64,000 bases of DNA, from positions 32,708 to 96,707 of the forward strand of contig JAQWGK010000046.1 of assembly GCA_029238255.1 (NCBI GenBank), written 5' to 3'. Of the stretch, positions 9,084-17,332 are shown piece after piece. This stretch comes from Porticoccaceae bacterium. Its GTDB lineage: Bacteria > Pseudomonadota > Gammaproteobacteria > Pseudomonadales > Porticoccaceae. The notes under the pieces were generated by a model, which made no database searches, had not been told where the DNA came from, and saw only the letters and a list, made by a program, of their open reading frames with translations. How positions within the stretch are numbered: position 1 is the first letter of the stretch; each line of letters opens with the position of its first letter. Position numbers and translations under genes: made by a program.

Positions 9084-10134
9084 GAAGCGCCGCAATATTG
9101 CCTTTAGTCTCTCCTTTCTGGACATTATGGCCTGTGGCTTTGGTGCGGTAACTCTGCTGTTTTTAATTCTTCGCCACAATGCCACCGAAATTGAACTACC
9201 TGACCCCAGACTGGCCTCGGAAGTCGATCTGCTGCAGGAAGATATTCGTCAGGCGGAAGAGGAAAAGATCGAACTACTAAATAGCCTTGAACAGTTGCAA
9301 CTGCAGCTAGTCACTGCACAGGGTGCTTCTGAAAGAGTGATTACCGATCTTCAGGAGCAGGAAAAAAGCATTCAGGCCGACCCCAAAGATGATATTGCCA
9401 AACTGCGCCGTCAAGTAGAGCAACTGGAAAAAGAAACCGCGCAGATGGAAGAGGTTGAGTTTGGCGACAAGGTCCGCGAATTTCTTGGGGATGGCAATCG
9501 CCAGTACCTCACCGGCCTTAAACTCGGTGGCGAGCGGGTAATGATTCTTGTGGATGGTTCGGCCAGCATGCTCGCCGATACCGTGGTCAATGCCGTGCGC
9601 CGGCGCAATATGGATGACAGCCTAAAAAAGCAGTCGCCAAAATGGGTATGGACCCTGCGCACCGTCGAGTGGCTGCTTGCCCAACTGCCACCGAGCAGTC
9701 GCTTTCAGGTCTATATCTTTAACACCGGCACCGAGCCAGCAGTTATCGGCACTGAGGGTGAGTGGCTGGATGCTGCAGATTCTCTGGCACTGGAAAAAGC
9801 CGTCGAGGGACTGCGCAATTATTCACCGGGCAATGGCACCAGCCTTATCAATGCTATTGCCGCAGTCAATGACTTTGAAAACAAACCGGACAATCTGTTT
9901 TTACTCACCGACGGATTGCCTACTCAGGGCGCCAGCGCACCGAAAAAATATATGGTCAGCGGCCGCCAGCGCCGCGACTTCTTTGCCGCCGCAGTGAATA
10001 GCCTGCCGCGAGGTATTCCGGTCAATACGATCTTATTCCCAATGGAGGGTGACCCGGAAGCCGCCGCGATGTTCTGGCAACTGGCACTAAATACACAGGG
10101 CGCCTTTATTGCCCCCTCGCGAGACTGGCCATGA
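9076..10134 (+). CDS. ExbD/TolR-like TM anchor + coiled coil + periplasmic vWA domain with an intact MIDAS
   Basis: 8-nt overlap with the upstream gene. The basic N-terminus KKRRN is followed by SFLDIMACGFGAVTLLFLIL, with an Asp at the TM entry as in ExbD FIDVMLVLL. A heptad-rich, Glu/Gln/Leu-rich segment follows. The vWA motifs are VMILVDGSASM (DxSxS), GNGTSL and LFLLTDGLP. Confidence 0.7.
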   Translation: MAKKRRNIAFSLSFLDIMACGFGAVTLLFLILRHNATEIELPDPRLASEVDLLQEDIRQAEEEKIELLNSLEQLQLQLVTAQGASERVITDLQEQEKSIQADPKDDIAKLRRQVEQLEKETAQMEEVEFGDKVREFLGDGNRQYLTGLKLGGERVMILVDGSASMLADTVVNAVRRRNMDDSLKKQSPKWVWTLRTVEWLLAQLPPSSRFQVYIFNTGTEPAVIGTEGEWLDAADSLALEKAVEGLRNYSPGNGTSLINAIAAVNDFENKPDNLFLLTDGLPTQGASAPKKYMVSGRQRRDFFAAAVNSLPRGIPVNTILFPMEGDPEAAAMFWQLALNTQGAFIAPSRDWP

Positions 10135-11120
10135 AACGCCAACGCCGAGCCTCTCAGGAAGCCAGCATTTCATTTTTGGATGTTATCAGCTGTGGCTTTG
10201 GCGCTATTGTCCTATTGCTGGTGATAGCCCGAGTTGGCGATCCCGCCGCCCTTGAACAGGCGGAAAATAAACTGCGCGCCACGGTAAAAGAGTATCAGGA
10301 GCGCCTGTTTGATGTGCGCGGTGAATCCGTCGTGCTTAACGAACAGCTTAAATCCCGCAAGGAACAGCTCTCCGATCTCACCGAGCGTGTAGCCCGCCTG
10401 AAAGCCAAACTGGCCAGTGTTGAAAAGCAGTCCGTGCAGATATCCCAGTCCGAAGCGCGGGAAAAAAAGCAGTTGCAGCTAGTGATGCAGGTTCTCAGTG
10501 AAGAAATGGAGCGCCTGCTCGGCCCGGAGTTTAAACAGCAGAATAAATTGATTGGCGGTATTCCAGTCGACAGTGACTATATTATTTTTGTGATCGACAC
10601 CTCCGGTAGTATGCAGGTCGCGGCCTGGGAAAAGGTCAAAAAAGAGATGATCAATATTCTCGATATTTACCCGGATGTTAAAGGCCTGCAGGTGCTCAAT
10701 GATATGGGCCAGTATATGTTCTCCGCCTACCGTGGACGCTGGATACCAGATAGCCCGGAAATGCGTCAAACCATCGTCACCACTTTAAACACCTGGGCGC
10801 CCTTTAGTAATTCCAGTCCGGTTGAGGGCATTAATGCAGCGATCCAGACTTTTTACAAAGCCGACCGCAAGATCAGTATCTACACCCTCGGCGATGACTT
10901 TCAGGGTCGCTCTATTCGCAATATAGTCAAAGCCATCGACCGGTTAAATCAGGCCCACCGCGGCGCCGACCGGCTGGTGCGTATTCATGCCATAGGCTTT
11001 CCTGTGCACTTTCCACCGGGCGGAACTCCCAGCGCCTCAGCAATTAAGTTCGCCGCTCTTATGCGTGAACTAAGCTATAACAATGGGGGAACCTTTATTG
11101 GCCTTAACAGCCTTAATTAA
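10131..11120 (+). CDS. Paralogue of the upstream gene: ExbD/TolR-like TM anchor + coiled coil + vWA domain with a partly degenerate MIDAS
   Basis: ATGA overlap with the upstream gene. KRQRR is followed by SFLDVISCGFGAIVLLLVI. A coiled-coil-like segment follows. The vWA motif is YIIFVIDTSGSM (DxSxS), but the later MIDAS positions differ (SSPVEGINAAI, IYTLGDDF). Confidence 0.7.
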   Translation: MKRQRRASQEASISFLDVISCGFGAIVLLLVIARVGDPAALEQAENKLRATVKEYQERLFDVRGESVVLNEQLKSRKEQLSDLTERVARLKAKLASVEKQSVQISQSEAREKKQLQLVMQVLSEEMERLLGPEFKQQNKLIGGIPVDSDYIIFVIDTSGSMQVAAWEKVKKEMINILDIYPDVKGLQVLNDMGQYMFSAYRGRWIPDSPEMRQTIVTTLNTWAPFSNSSPVEGINAAIQTFYKADRKISIYTLGDDFQGRSIRNIVKAIDRLNQAHRGADRLVRIHAIGFPVHFPPGGTPSASAIKFAALMRELSYNNGGTFIGLNSLN

Positions 11121-11133
11121 AGGAATCATAATT

Positions 11134-11748
11134 ATGCAGCTATCTAAACTATCAATTATCACCGGCCTTTTTGCCCTGCTATTCATCACTGGCTGCAGCT
11201 CATCGGCACAGGTTCAGGTGGACCGAAACTTCCCGACCGTGGTCTCAAAACCCAAAGCGGTCAGCGCCTCGATTATTTTTAACGACGAATTTAAAGACTA
11301 TGTAGCCACACCGAGCAAGAAAACCACTATCGATATAGGCGCAGCTCAAACCCTTATGCTCGGTAATGCCTTTGCCGGGCTGTTTAGCAATATTGAATTT
11401 GTTCAGTCCAAAGATCAGGTAAGCCTTGAAAATGCGCTGGTAATCACCCCATCGGTTCAGGAAGTTCAGGTCTCCACACCCTCAGATACCTATTTAAATG
11501 TCTATGAAGTGTGGATCAAATACAGCCTCGATATTGAAAACTCACAGGGCGATCAGATCGACAGCTGGTTTATGCCCGCCTACGGCAAGACACCAGACTC
11601 TTTTATGCTGTCAAAAACCAATGCCATTGAAGAAGCGGCCGTTATCGCCCTGCGCGATGCCGGCGCCAAATTACTTCTCGACTTCTACCGTATCCCCAGT
11701 ATCTACAATTGGATGCTACGGGAGCAAAAGCTGGGAGGGGAACAGTGA
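11134..11748 (+). CDS. Lipoprotein, hypothetical
   Basis: ATG at 11134 is preceded by AGGA and lies 13 nt after the upstream stop. MQLSKLSIITGLFALLFITGCSS is a signal peptide plus lipobox. The listed longer ORF from 11083 overlaps the upstream gene. Confidence 0.6.
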   Translation: MQLSKLSIITGLFALLFITGCSSSAQVQVDRNFPTVVSKPKAVSASIIFNDEFKDYVATPSKKTTIDIGAAQTLMLGNAFAGLFSNIEFVQSKDQVSLENALVITPSVQEVQVSTPSDTYLNVYEVWIKYSLDIENSQGDQIDSWFMPAYGKTPDSFMLSKTNAIEEAAVIALRDAGAKLLLDFYRIPSIYNWMLREQKLGGEQ

Positions 11749-12410
11749 ATAAATTTTTCCCACTGCTTATAGCAGCACTAACAACCGCTCTACTCACCGG
11801 CTGCGGTGCCACCACCAGCATCGATGAATACCGTCCAAACAATAATATTATGGAAATTAATAGCGATGAATCGGTGGTTATCCTCGGGCGCAGAGATGCT
11901 GGACATTACGATACGGATAGGGAATTTATCAGCTGTATCGGATCGAAAATGCAGGGCGCGGATATTAGCGTTATGCCCGAACAGCAGTTTATCGACTCTA
12001 TCTACCCCTGGTTTGAACCACGCACCGCACCCAAGGGGTTAAAGCGTTTAACCTATTTAATGAAAGACCCGGATATCAAAAGTCAGGTCGACCGACAGGG
12101 TGTCCGCTATCTGGTATGGCTCGATGGTTCAACCCAAACCCTTGAACAGGGCGGTTCCATTAGCTGCGCGATAGGCCCAGGAGCCGGTGGCTGTTTCGGC
12201 TTTGCCCAGTGGGAAAAAAGCTCTATTTATGAAGCTATAGTCTGGGACCTGAACGACTTTAGTGAAAAGGGCCGACTCCGTGTAGACTCCTCTGGAACCT
12301 CGTACCTGATTGGCGCCGTGGCACCTATACCGCTTTTAACACCGGTCAAAAAAGATGCCTGTAGCAGTCTTGGCAAACAGCTAAAAAAATTTTTTAGCGT
12401 AGATAACTAG
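11745..12410 (+). CDS. Lipoprotein, hypothetical
   Basis: GTG at 11745 overlaps the upstream stop (GTGA) and is preceded by GGGAGGGG. VNKFFPLLIAALTTALLTGCGA is a signal peptide plus lipobox. Confidence 0.55.
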   Translation: MNKFFPLLIAALTTALLTGCGATTSIDEYRPNNNIMEINSDESVVILGRRDAGHYDTDREFISCIGSKMQGADISVMPEQQFIDSIYPWFEPRTAPKGLKRLTYLMKDPDIKSQVDRQGVRYLVWLDGSTQTLEQGGSISCAIGPGAGGCFGFAQWEKSSIYEAIVWDLNDFSEKGRLRVDSSGTSYLIGAVAPIPLLTPVKKDACSSLGKQLKKFFSVDN

Positions 12411-12432
12411 CAGATAAGTAAATGGTGATTCA

Positions 12433-13863
12433 GTGAGACGTTTAAATTTTCAGCTGACTTTTTCTGTTCTATTGTGGGCATCAATGCTCACAGTTGCCTT
12501 AATGCCAGTGCCACTGGCGGCAAAAACTACCGGCGAAGATATCTACAAAGAAGTGCTGCAATCGACGCCCATTTACGACGACCCAGTCCTCGATAGCTAT
12601 ATCAAAGAGCTCGGTAATGAAATTGTCGCCCAGTCGGAAATGGCCGGCGAAGAATTTACCTTTACCCTGCTCGACTCACCAGACCTCAATGCCTTTGCCA
12701 CCCGCGATAACTATGTCTACGTCAACCGCGGCCTGCTCAACTATGTTAGCAACGAGGCACAGCTAGTCTCGGTACTCGCCCACGAAGTCGGGCATATCAC
12801 CAGAAAACATGTCACCGGCCAGGAGGGCAAGGCAACCGGTGCACAGATTCTATCGACCATCGCCGCCGTGCTCTCCGGCAGCGGTGAAGTCTACGAAGCC
12901 GGTATGGCTTACGCCAATTCAATTATCCGCGGCCATGGTCGTCGCAACGAACTCGAAGCCGACGAAGCCGGTGCCGAATATATGGCCAAGCTCGGCTACT
13001 CGCCCAGCGAAATGATCAGCATGCTATCGATTATGAAAGACTACGAAATACTGCAAAAAGATCGCGCCAAAGCCAGGGGAGCAAGCAAGCAGACCTATCA
13101 TGGTATTTTTGCCAGCCACCCGCGCAATGATTCGCGACTGCGAACCGTGGTCAGCAAGGCCCAGCGCCTGCAGTCGACCGAGACCCGCGGCGATGGCGCC
13201 GCCAGATATCGGGAACTCACCGAAGGACTAATCTGGGGCGAAAACTTTCTCGCCAAAGAGAAAAAACCCGAGCGCTACTCGGATATGAAACTGCGGGTAC
13301 GCTTTGATTACCCAAAAGACTGGACTCAGACCAATAATGCCAGCCAACGCAGTTCGGTGGGCACGCCTGAGAGCAAAGAGGCCAAACTCAGCATGACACC
13401 GATTGCGCGCACCGCCCAGAGTCCTGAAGAATATCTCTACAACTTTCTCAAGGCGGCAAAACTCGAACAGGGCAGCGCCATCTCCCCTGCCGGGCTAAAG
13501 GGTTTTAGCGGCATTTTGCCCGGTGGTGAAAGTGGTCCCGACCAGCGTATTGCGGTTATCTATTACAAACTCAATGCCTTTGTATTTAAGGGTGAAGTGG
13601 ATAAACCGGCGCAGTTTGCCGACACCGATAAACTGTTTGTCGAATCGATTAAAAGCTTTCGACCCATTTCACGCCGTGAAATCGCCGGCCAGAAACCGAA
13701 AACCATTCACTATGTGAAAGCCACCAATGCCACCAACTTCGACGCGTTGGGCAAGGCACTGAATCTTAACGCCACGGAATTAGATGATCTGCGTATAATC
13801 AATGGTCATTACCCCAGCGGCGAGCCAGTGGCCGGCGATTGGATAAAAATCTTTAAACAGTAA
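12433..13863 (+). CDS. M48-family zinc metallopeptidase, secreted, with a possible LysM-like C-terminus
   Basis: Signal peptide. The HExxH motif occurs in LAHEVGHITRKH with a downstream E (NELEADEAG), as is typical of M48 peptidases. GTG start lies 22 nt after the upstream stop. Confidence 0.75.
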   Translation: MRRLNFQLTFSVLLWASMLTVALMPVPLAAKTTGEDIYKEVLQSTPIYDDPVLDSYIKELGNEIVAQSEMAGEEFTFTLLDSPDLNAFATRDNYVYVNRGLLNYVSNEAQLVSVLAHEVGHITRKHVTGQEGKATGAQILSTIAAVLSGSGEVYEAGMAYANSIIRGHGRRNELEADEAGAEYMAKLGYSPSEMISMLSIMKDYEILQKDRAKARGASKQTYHGIFASHPRNDSRLRTVVSKAQRLQSTETRGDGAARYRELTEGLIWGENFLAKEKKPERYSDMKLRVRFDYPKDWTQTNNASQRSSVGTPESKEAKLSMTPIARTAQSPEEYLYNFLKAAKLEQGSAISPAGLKGFSGILPGGESGPDQRIAVIYYKLNAFVFKGEVDKPAQFADTDKLFVESIKSFRPISRREIAGQKPKTIHYVKATNATNFDALGKALNLNATELDDLRIINGHYPSGEPVAGDWIKIFKQ

Positions 13864-13885
13864 AAACTTTTACAGCGAAACTCAC

Positions 13886-14620
13886 GTGACTCTTAAAACC
13901 CCCAGACAATTTTTTCTACTGCTGATTATTCTAATGCTGATTTTTGGCGCACTTTTGGGTCTTGGCTACTGGCTTAAAGACACTGATCAGAGCGAAGAGA
14001 ACTGGGCTATGGATCGGCTGACTCAACCGGATAACGCCGAGCTGCAAAGCCGTATAAACAGCAAACTATTTGCAGATAAAATGGTCGATGTGCCCGGTAT
14101 AGGCGCGGATATAGACAACACCATAGATGAGTCTGCCATGGAGGCCAAACTGGCCGGCTTAACCAAAAATGTGACTACAGAAAAAATCCCTACAGCTTCA
14201 CAACTGGAAGGTTTTTATCAACTGAACAAAGATAATTATCGTGAGCCATCGAAACTCTGGCTGTGGGTGGATACCTTTAGCAACGCTCGTTTCGGGGGTC
14301 AGGTTTTCGAAAAAGCACAGCAGGCACTGGATACTTTAGCTATTGAAAGTTCAACCCCAGAGGGTGATCTATTCGATCGCTACGGGGCTATATTATCGAC
14401 GGAGTTAGATGAGAAATATGGCCGCGCATTTACCGACAAGTTGCTGTCGCTAATCGCAGACAGCGAATCACTACCCTGCTGGGCAGGGCCAATAAGCTCG
14501 CCTATTGGCGCACATCTGGTCTGTGTAAAGAAAATAGACTGGGGAACTTACCCAGCCATTGATGAGATAAAATCTCAGCTTATCAATGACTGGCGTTTTT
14601 CAGTGGCAACCGAAAGCTAA
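13886..14620 (+). CDS. Membrane-anchored protein with a parvulin/PpiC-like C-terminal region (tentative)
   Basis: GTG start lies 22 nt after the M48 gene. N-terminal TM helix FFLLLIILMLIFGALLGLGYW. The C-terminal WAGPISSPIGAHLVCVKKI resembles the PpiC rotamase motif. Confidence 0.35.
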   Translation: MTLKTPRQFFLLLIILMLIFGALLGLGYWLKDTDQSEENWAMDRLTQPDNAELQSRINSKLFADKMVDVPGIGADIDNTIDESAMEAKLAGLTKNVTTEKIPTASQLEGFYQLNKDNYREPSKLWLWVDTFSNARFGGQVFEKAQQALDTLAIESSTPEGDLFDRYGAILSTELDEKYGRAFTDKLLSLIADSESLPCWAGPISSPIGAHLVCVKKIDWGTYPAIDEIKSQLINDWRFSVATES

Positions 14621-14628
14621 ATAAAACG

Positions 14629-15396
14629 CTAGGCCATCAACTCGGCAAAGAACTTGCGCAAGCCATCAGCGCCAGACTGTTCCCAAGTTTTTAATGCCGC
14701 AGTACCAACAATGGCCATATCTGCAGAACCGCGCAAGAAGTCCATATCTTCCTTGCCGCTAATACCAAAGCCAACACCAATCTGCGCATCGGTATGCTGG
14801 CGACAGCGTTCGATCAGTGCCAGAACATCATCACCCATATTGGTTTTAGAACCGGTCACACCTTTGCGGGCAACCACATAAACCAAACCGCGACTAACAG
14901 CACCCAGCTGTGCCAGACGCTTATCACTGCTGGTCGGTGTCATCAAAATAATTGGCTCAATACCCGCCTCTTCCGAGAGACGATGAAGATTGGCTGACTC
15001 TTCTACCGGTAGGTCGGGCAGAATATAACCAACACCACCCGCCGCTTTAAGGCGCTTAACAAAGGTCTCTTCACCCATTTTAAAGACCGTATTGTAGTAA
15101 CCCATCATCAGCAGCTGAAAAGGAAAACGTTCGCTAGCCTGCTTCATAAACTCAAAGCAGTCCTCAACCGTAGTACCCGCCTTTAGAGACTGTTCGTTGG
15201 CGTTAACGAATAACGGGCCATCGGCACTGGGCTCAGAAAATGGAAACTGCAACTCAACCAGATCAACACCGGCTTCGGCCATAATCTCCAGTTCTTGCAT
15301 ATTGGCTTCAAAGGAAGGGTAACCGCAGACCACATGGGCCATGACCAACAGATCTTTATCTTTTTTACGTTCGGCAAGAAAGCTTTGCAGACCCAT
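14629..15396 (-). CDS. trpA: Tryptophan synthase alpha subunit
   Basis: Full-length similarity pattern to TrpA (GYPSFE...VDLVELQFPFSEPSADGP...). The start overlaps the trpB stop (ATGA). Confidence 0.9.
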   Translation of the reverse strand: MGLQSFLAERKKDKDLLVMAHVVCGYPSFEANMQELEIMAEAGVDLVELQFPFSEPSADGPLFVNANEQSLKAGTTVEDCFEFMKQASERFPFQLLMMGYYNTVFKMGEETFVKRLKAAGGVGYILPDLPVEESANLHRLSEEAGIEPIILMTPTSSDKRLAQLGAVSRGLVYVVARKGVTGSKTNMGDDVLALIERCRQHTDAQIGVGFGISGKEDMDFLRGSADMAIVGTAALKTWEQSGADGLRKFFAELMA

Positions 15397-16655
15397 TAGT
15401 TTTTCTCCCCGCGGTACTGATCCGCTTTGCCTTCAATAAAGGTCTTCCACTTGGCATCATCTAAAGCATCGGCAATGGTAAAGATATCTTTATCACCGCG
15501 ACCGGATTGGTTGATCAAAATAATTTCGTCTTTACCCATAGTCGGCGCTTCTTTAATGGCCGTTACAAAAGCATGGGTACTCTCCAGCGCGGGAATCAAT
15601 CCTTCCGTACGCATGGTCAGTCGCAAGGCTTCCTTCACTTCAATATCGGTGGCCGCTTCAAAGCGAACCTTACCCTTGTCGTGGAGATGAGAAAAGATCG
15701 GGTTGACGCCGATATAGTCGAGGCCGGCGGCAACCGAATGGGTTTCATTCATATTGCCTTCATCATTCTGCAGGAAGTAGGTTTTAAAACCCTGAGCGAC
15801 GCCAACAGTGGCATCATCATAGGCCAAACGGGCAGCGTGCATATAAGTACCCACACCCTCACCACCAGCTTCACTGCCGATCAGCTCAACATTATCATCG
15901 TCGAAAAAGCCCTGGAAAATACCCATGGCATTTGAACCACCACCGACACAGGCGTAGACACGATCCGGCAATCTGCCGGTCTGAGCAAGCATCTGCTCGC
16001 GAGCTTCAAAGCCAATAATCGACTGGAACCAGCTGACCATCTCCGGGAACGGATGAGGGCCACAGGCAGTGCCGAGAATATAATGCGTATCGGCCATATT
16101 GGTTACCCAATCGCGCATTGCTTCATTAATTGCATCCTTAAGGGTCTTCTGACCATCTTGAACAGCGATAACCTCAGCACCGAGATTTTCCATCCAGAAC
16201 ACATTGGGACGCTGGCGTGCCACATCGACGGCACCCATATAAATTTTACAGTCAAAGCCAAAGCGCGCCGCCATGGTCGCCGTCGCGAAACCGTGCTGAC
16301 CTGCACCGGTCTCTGCAATCACCTTGCTCTTGCCAAGGCGCTGACATAGGAGGCCCTGCCCCATCACATTGTTCACCTTGTGGGAACCGGTGTGATTAAG
16401 ATCTTCACGCTTGACATAAATCTGAGCACCACCCAACTTGCGCGACAGGTTTTCCAAATGAGTCACCGGGGTGGGTCGGCCAGAGTAGCTCTGCATCAAT
16501 GCAACATAGTCCTGCCAGAATTTTGGATCCGATTTGCATTCGCGAAAACAGACCAGCAACTCTTCAATCGTTGCATGTAGAATTTCAGGCAGAAAAACGC
16601 CGCCGTATTCCCCGTAGTAGCCTTCACGACCGTCGGAGAAGTCAAAAATATCCAT
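15396..16655 (-). CDS. trpB: Tryptophan synthase beta subunit
   Basis: PLP-lysine motif HTGSHKVNN, GGGSNAMG, and N-terminal YYGEYGGVFLPE. I chose the ATG at 16655 (MDIFDF), preceded by GAGG, over the longer ORF start at 16715. Confidence 0.9.
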   Translation of the reverse strand: MDIFDFSDGREGYYGEYGGVFLPEILHATIEELLVCFRECKSDPKFWQDYVALMQSYSGRPTPVTHLENLSRKLGGAQIYVKREDLNHTGSHKVNNVMGQGLLCQRLGKSKVIAETGAGQHGFATATMAARFGFDCKIYMGAVDVARQRPNVFWMENLGAEVIAVQDGQKTLKDAINEAMRDWVTNMADTHYILGTACGPHPFPEMVSWFQSIIGFEAREQMLAQTGRLPDRVYACVGGGSNAMGIFQGFFDDDNVELIGSEAGGEGVGTYMHAARLAYDDATVGVAQGFKTYFLQNDEGNMNETHSVAAGLDYIGVNPIFSHLHDKGKVRFEAATDIEVKEALRLTMRTEGLIPALESTHAFVTAIKEAPTMGKDEIILINQSGRGDKDIFTIADALDDAKWKTFIEGKADQYRGEKN

Positions 16656-16765
16656 GGAAACCTCAATAGAAAGCGGTCTACTTCTCGGAAGGAGACCGCT
16701 TTTTGGATGAAACAAAATTAGGTGCTTAGTTTATCCAAGTCACCAGACTGACACAACGTTCAGAT

Positions 16766-16885
16766 TCAATGTTGTTTAGCTTGGCGCCTTTTATGGAATC
16801 TAATCTCTGCGTCTCTTACTAACAAATAACTGCCGTACATAACACCACCAAACAATACTGCCATAACTGTAATTACAGATATCAT
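16766..16885 (-). CDS. Possible unannotated 39-aa single-TM peptide (MISVITVMAVLFGGVMYGSYLLVRDAEIRFHKRRQAKQH)
   Basis: ATG preceded by AAGGGG. A hydrophobic helix is followed by a basic tail. It falls below the 60-aa cut-off of the ORF track and lies upstream of trpB on the same strand. Confidence 0.25.
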   Translation of the reverse strand: MISVITVMAVLFGGVMYGSYLLVRDAEIRFHKRRQAKQH

Positions 16886-17137
16886 AGCTGACCCCTTAAA
16901 TTGCCTGAACCGCAACAGAATGTAATCACCTCATGTCACAGTCCGGCTTTTGCCGTAGTAGTTAGAAATGTTGCATTATTATTTTTCTTATCCTTTTTCT
17001 ATACGCAAGGATCACGTGACTGGTTTATTGATAACGGTCAGTTTTTTGCCGATGCCGCCAACAGTGGGGATCTGCGCGACTTATCCACAAGTTTTTCAAT
17101 GACTTACAAACCGGAAACCCTTTTGTTCAAGAAAAAA

Positions 17138-17184
17138 ACACAAGATATAGTGGATTAGGGCTTGCAAGACACACCATGTAGGAT
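17138..17184 (+). promoter_or_regulatory. Two tandem NrdR-box-like sites upstream of nrdJ
   Basis: ACACAAGATATAGTGG (17138-17153) and ACACACCATGTAGGAT (17169-17184) resemble the acaCwAnATnTwGtgt NrdR box. Their starts are 31 bp apart, which is the typical spacing of tandem NrdR boxes. Confidence 0.5.
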
Positions 17185-17332
17185 AAACTGCTTCTCCAGT
17201 TCCTCAGACAAAAAAATTAAAAATTCGGGAATTTAGACAGAACGTACAGTATATACGTCCCTAAAATAACGTCGGCAATCCTATGCATAAGCATCTGTTG
17301 TTAGCCGAGAATGATGATTAAAAGGCCATTCA

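Noticed and set aside
16656-16715. N-terminal extensions offered by the ORF track for trpB. The same applies to pccA (25584-25664), carbonic anhydrase (22517-22594), hisB, ocd, hemH, pilX, proA and nadD.
   Set aside because: Internal ATG codons with good Shine-Dalgarno sequences align with the known family N-termini. The extensions would overlap upstream genes or add non-conserved residues.
16901-17158. 85-aa ORF in the region upstream of nrdJ
   Set aside because: It has no ribosome-binding site and an odd composition, and it runs into the NrdR-box-like sites. It is more likely non-coding leader or promoter DNA.
16716-17332. Possible cobalamin riboswitch upstream of the B12-dependent reductase
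   Set aside because: By eye I could not find a B12-box-like conserved core or the expected GC-rich helices. A covariance-model scan would be needed to exclude it fully.
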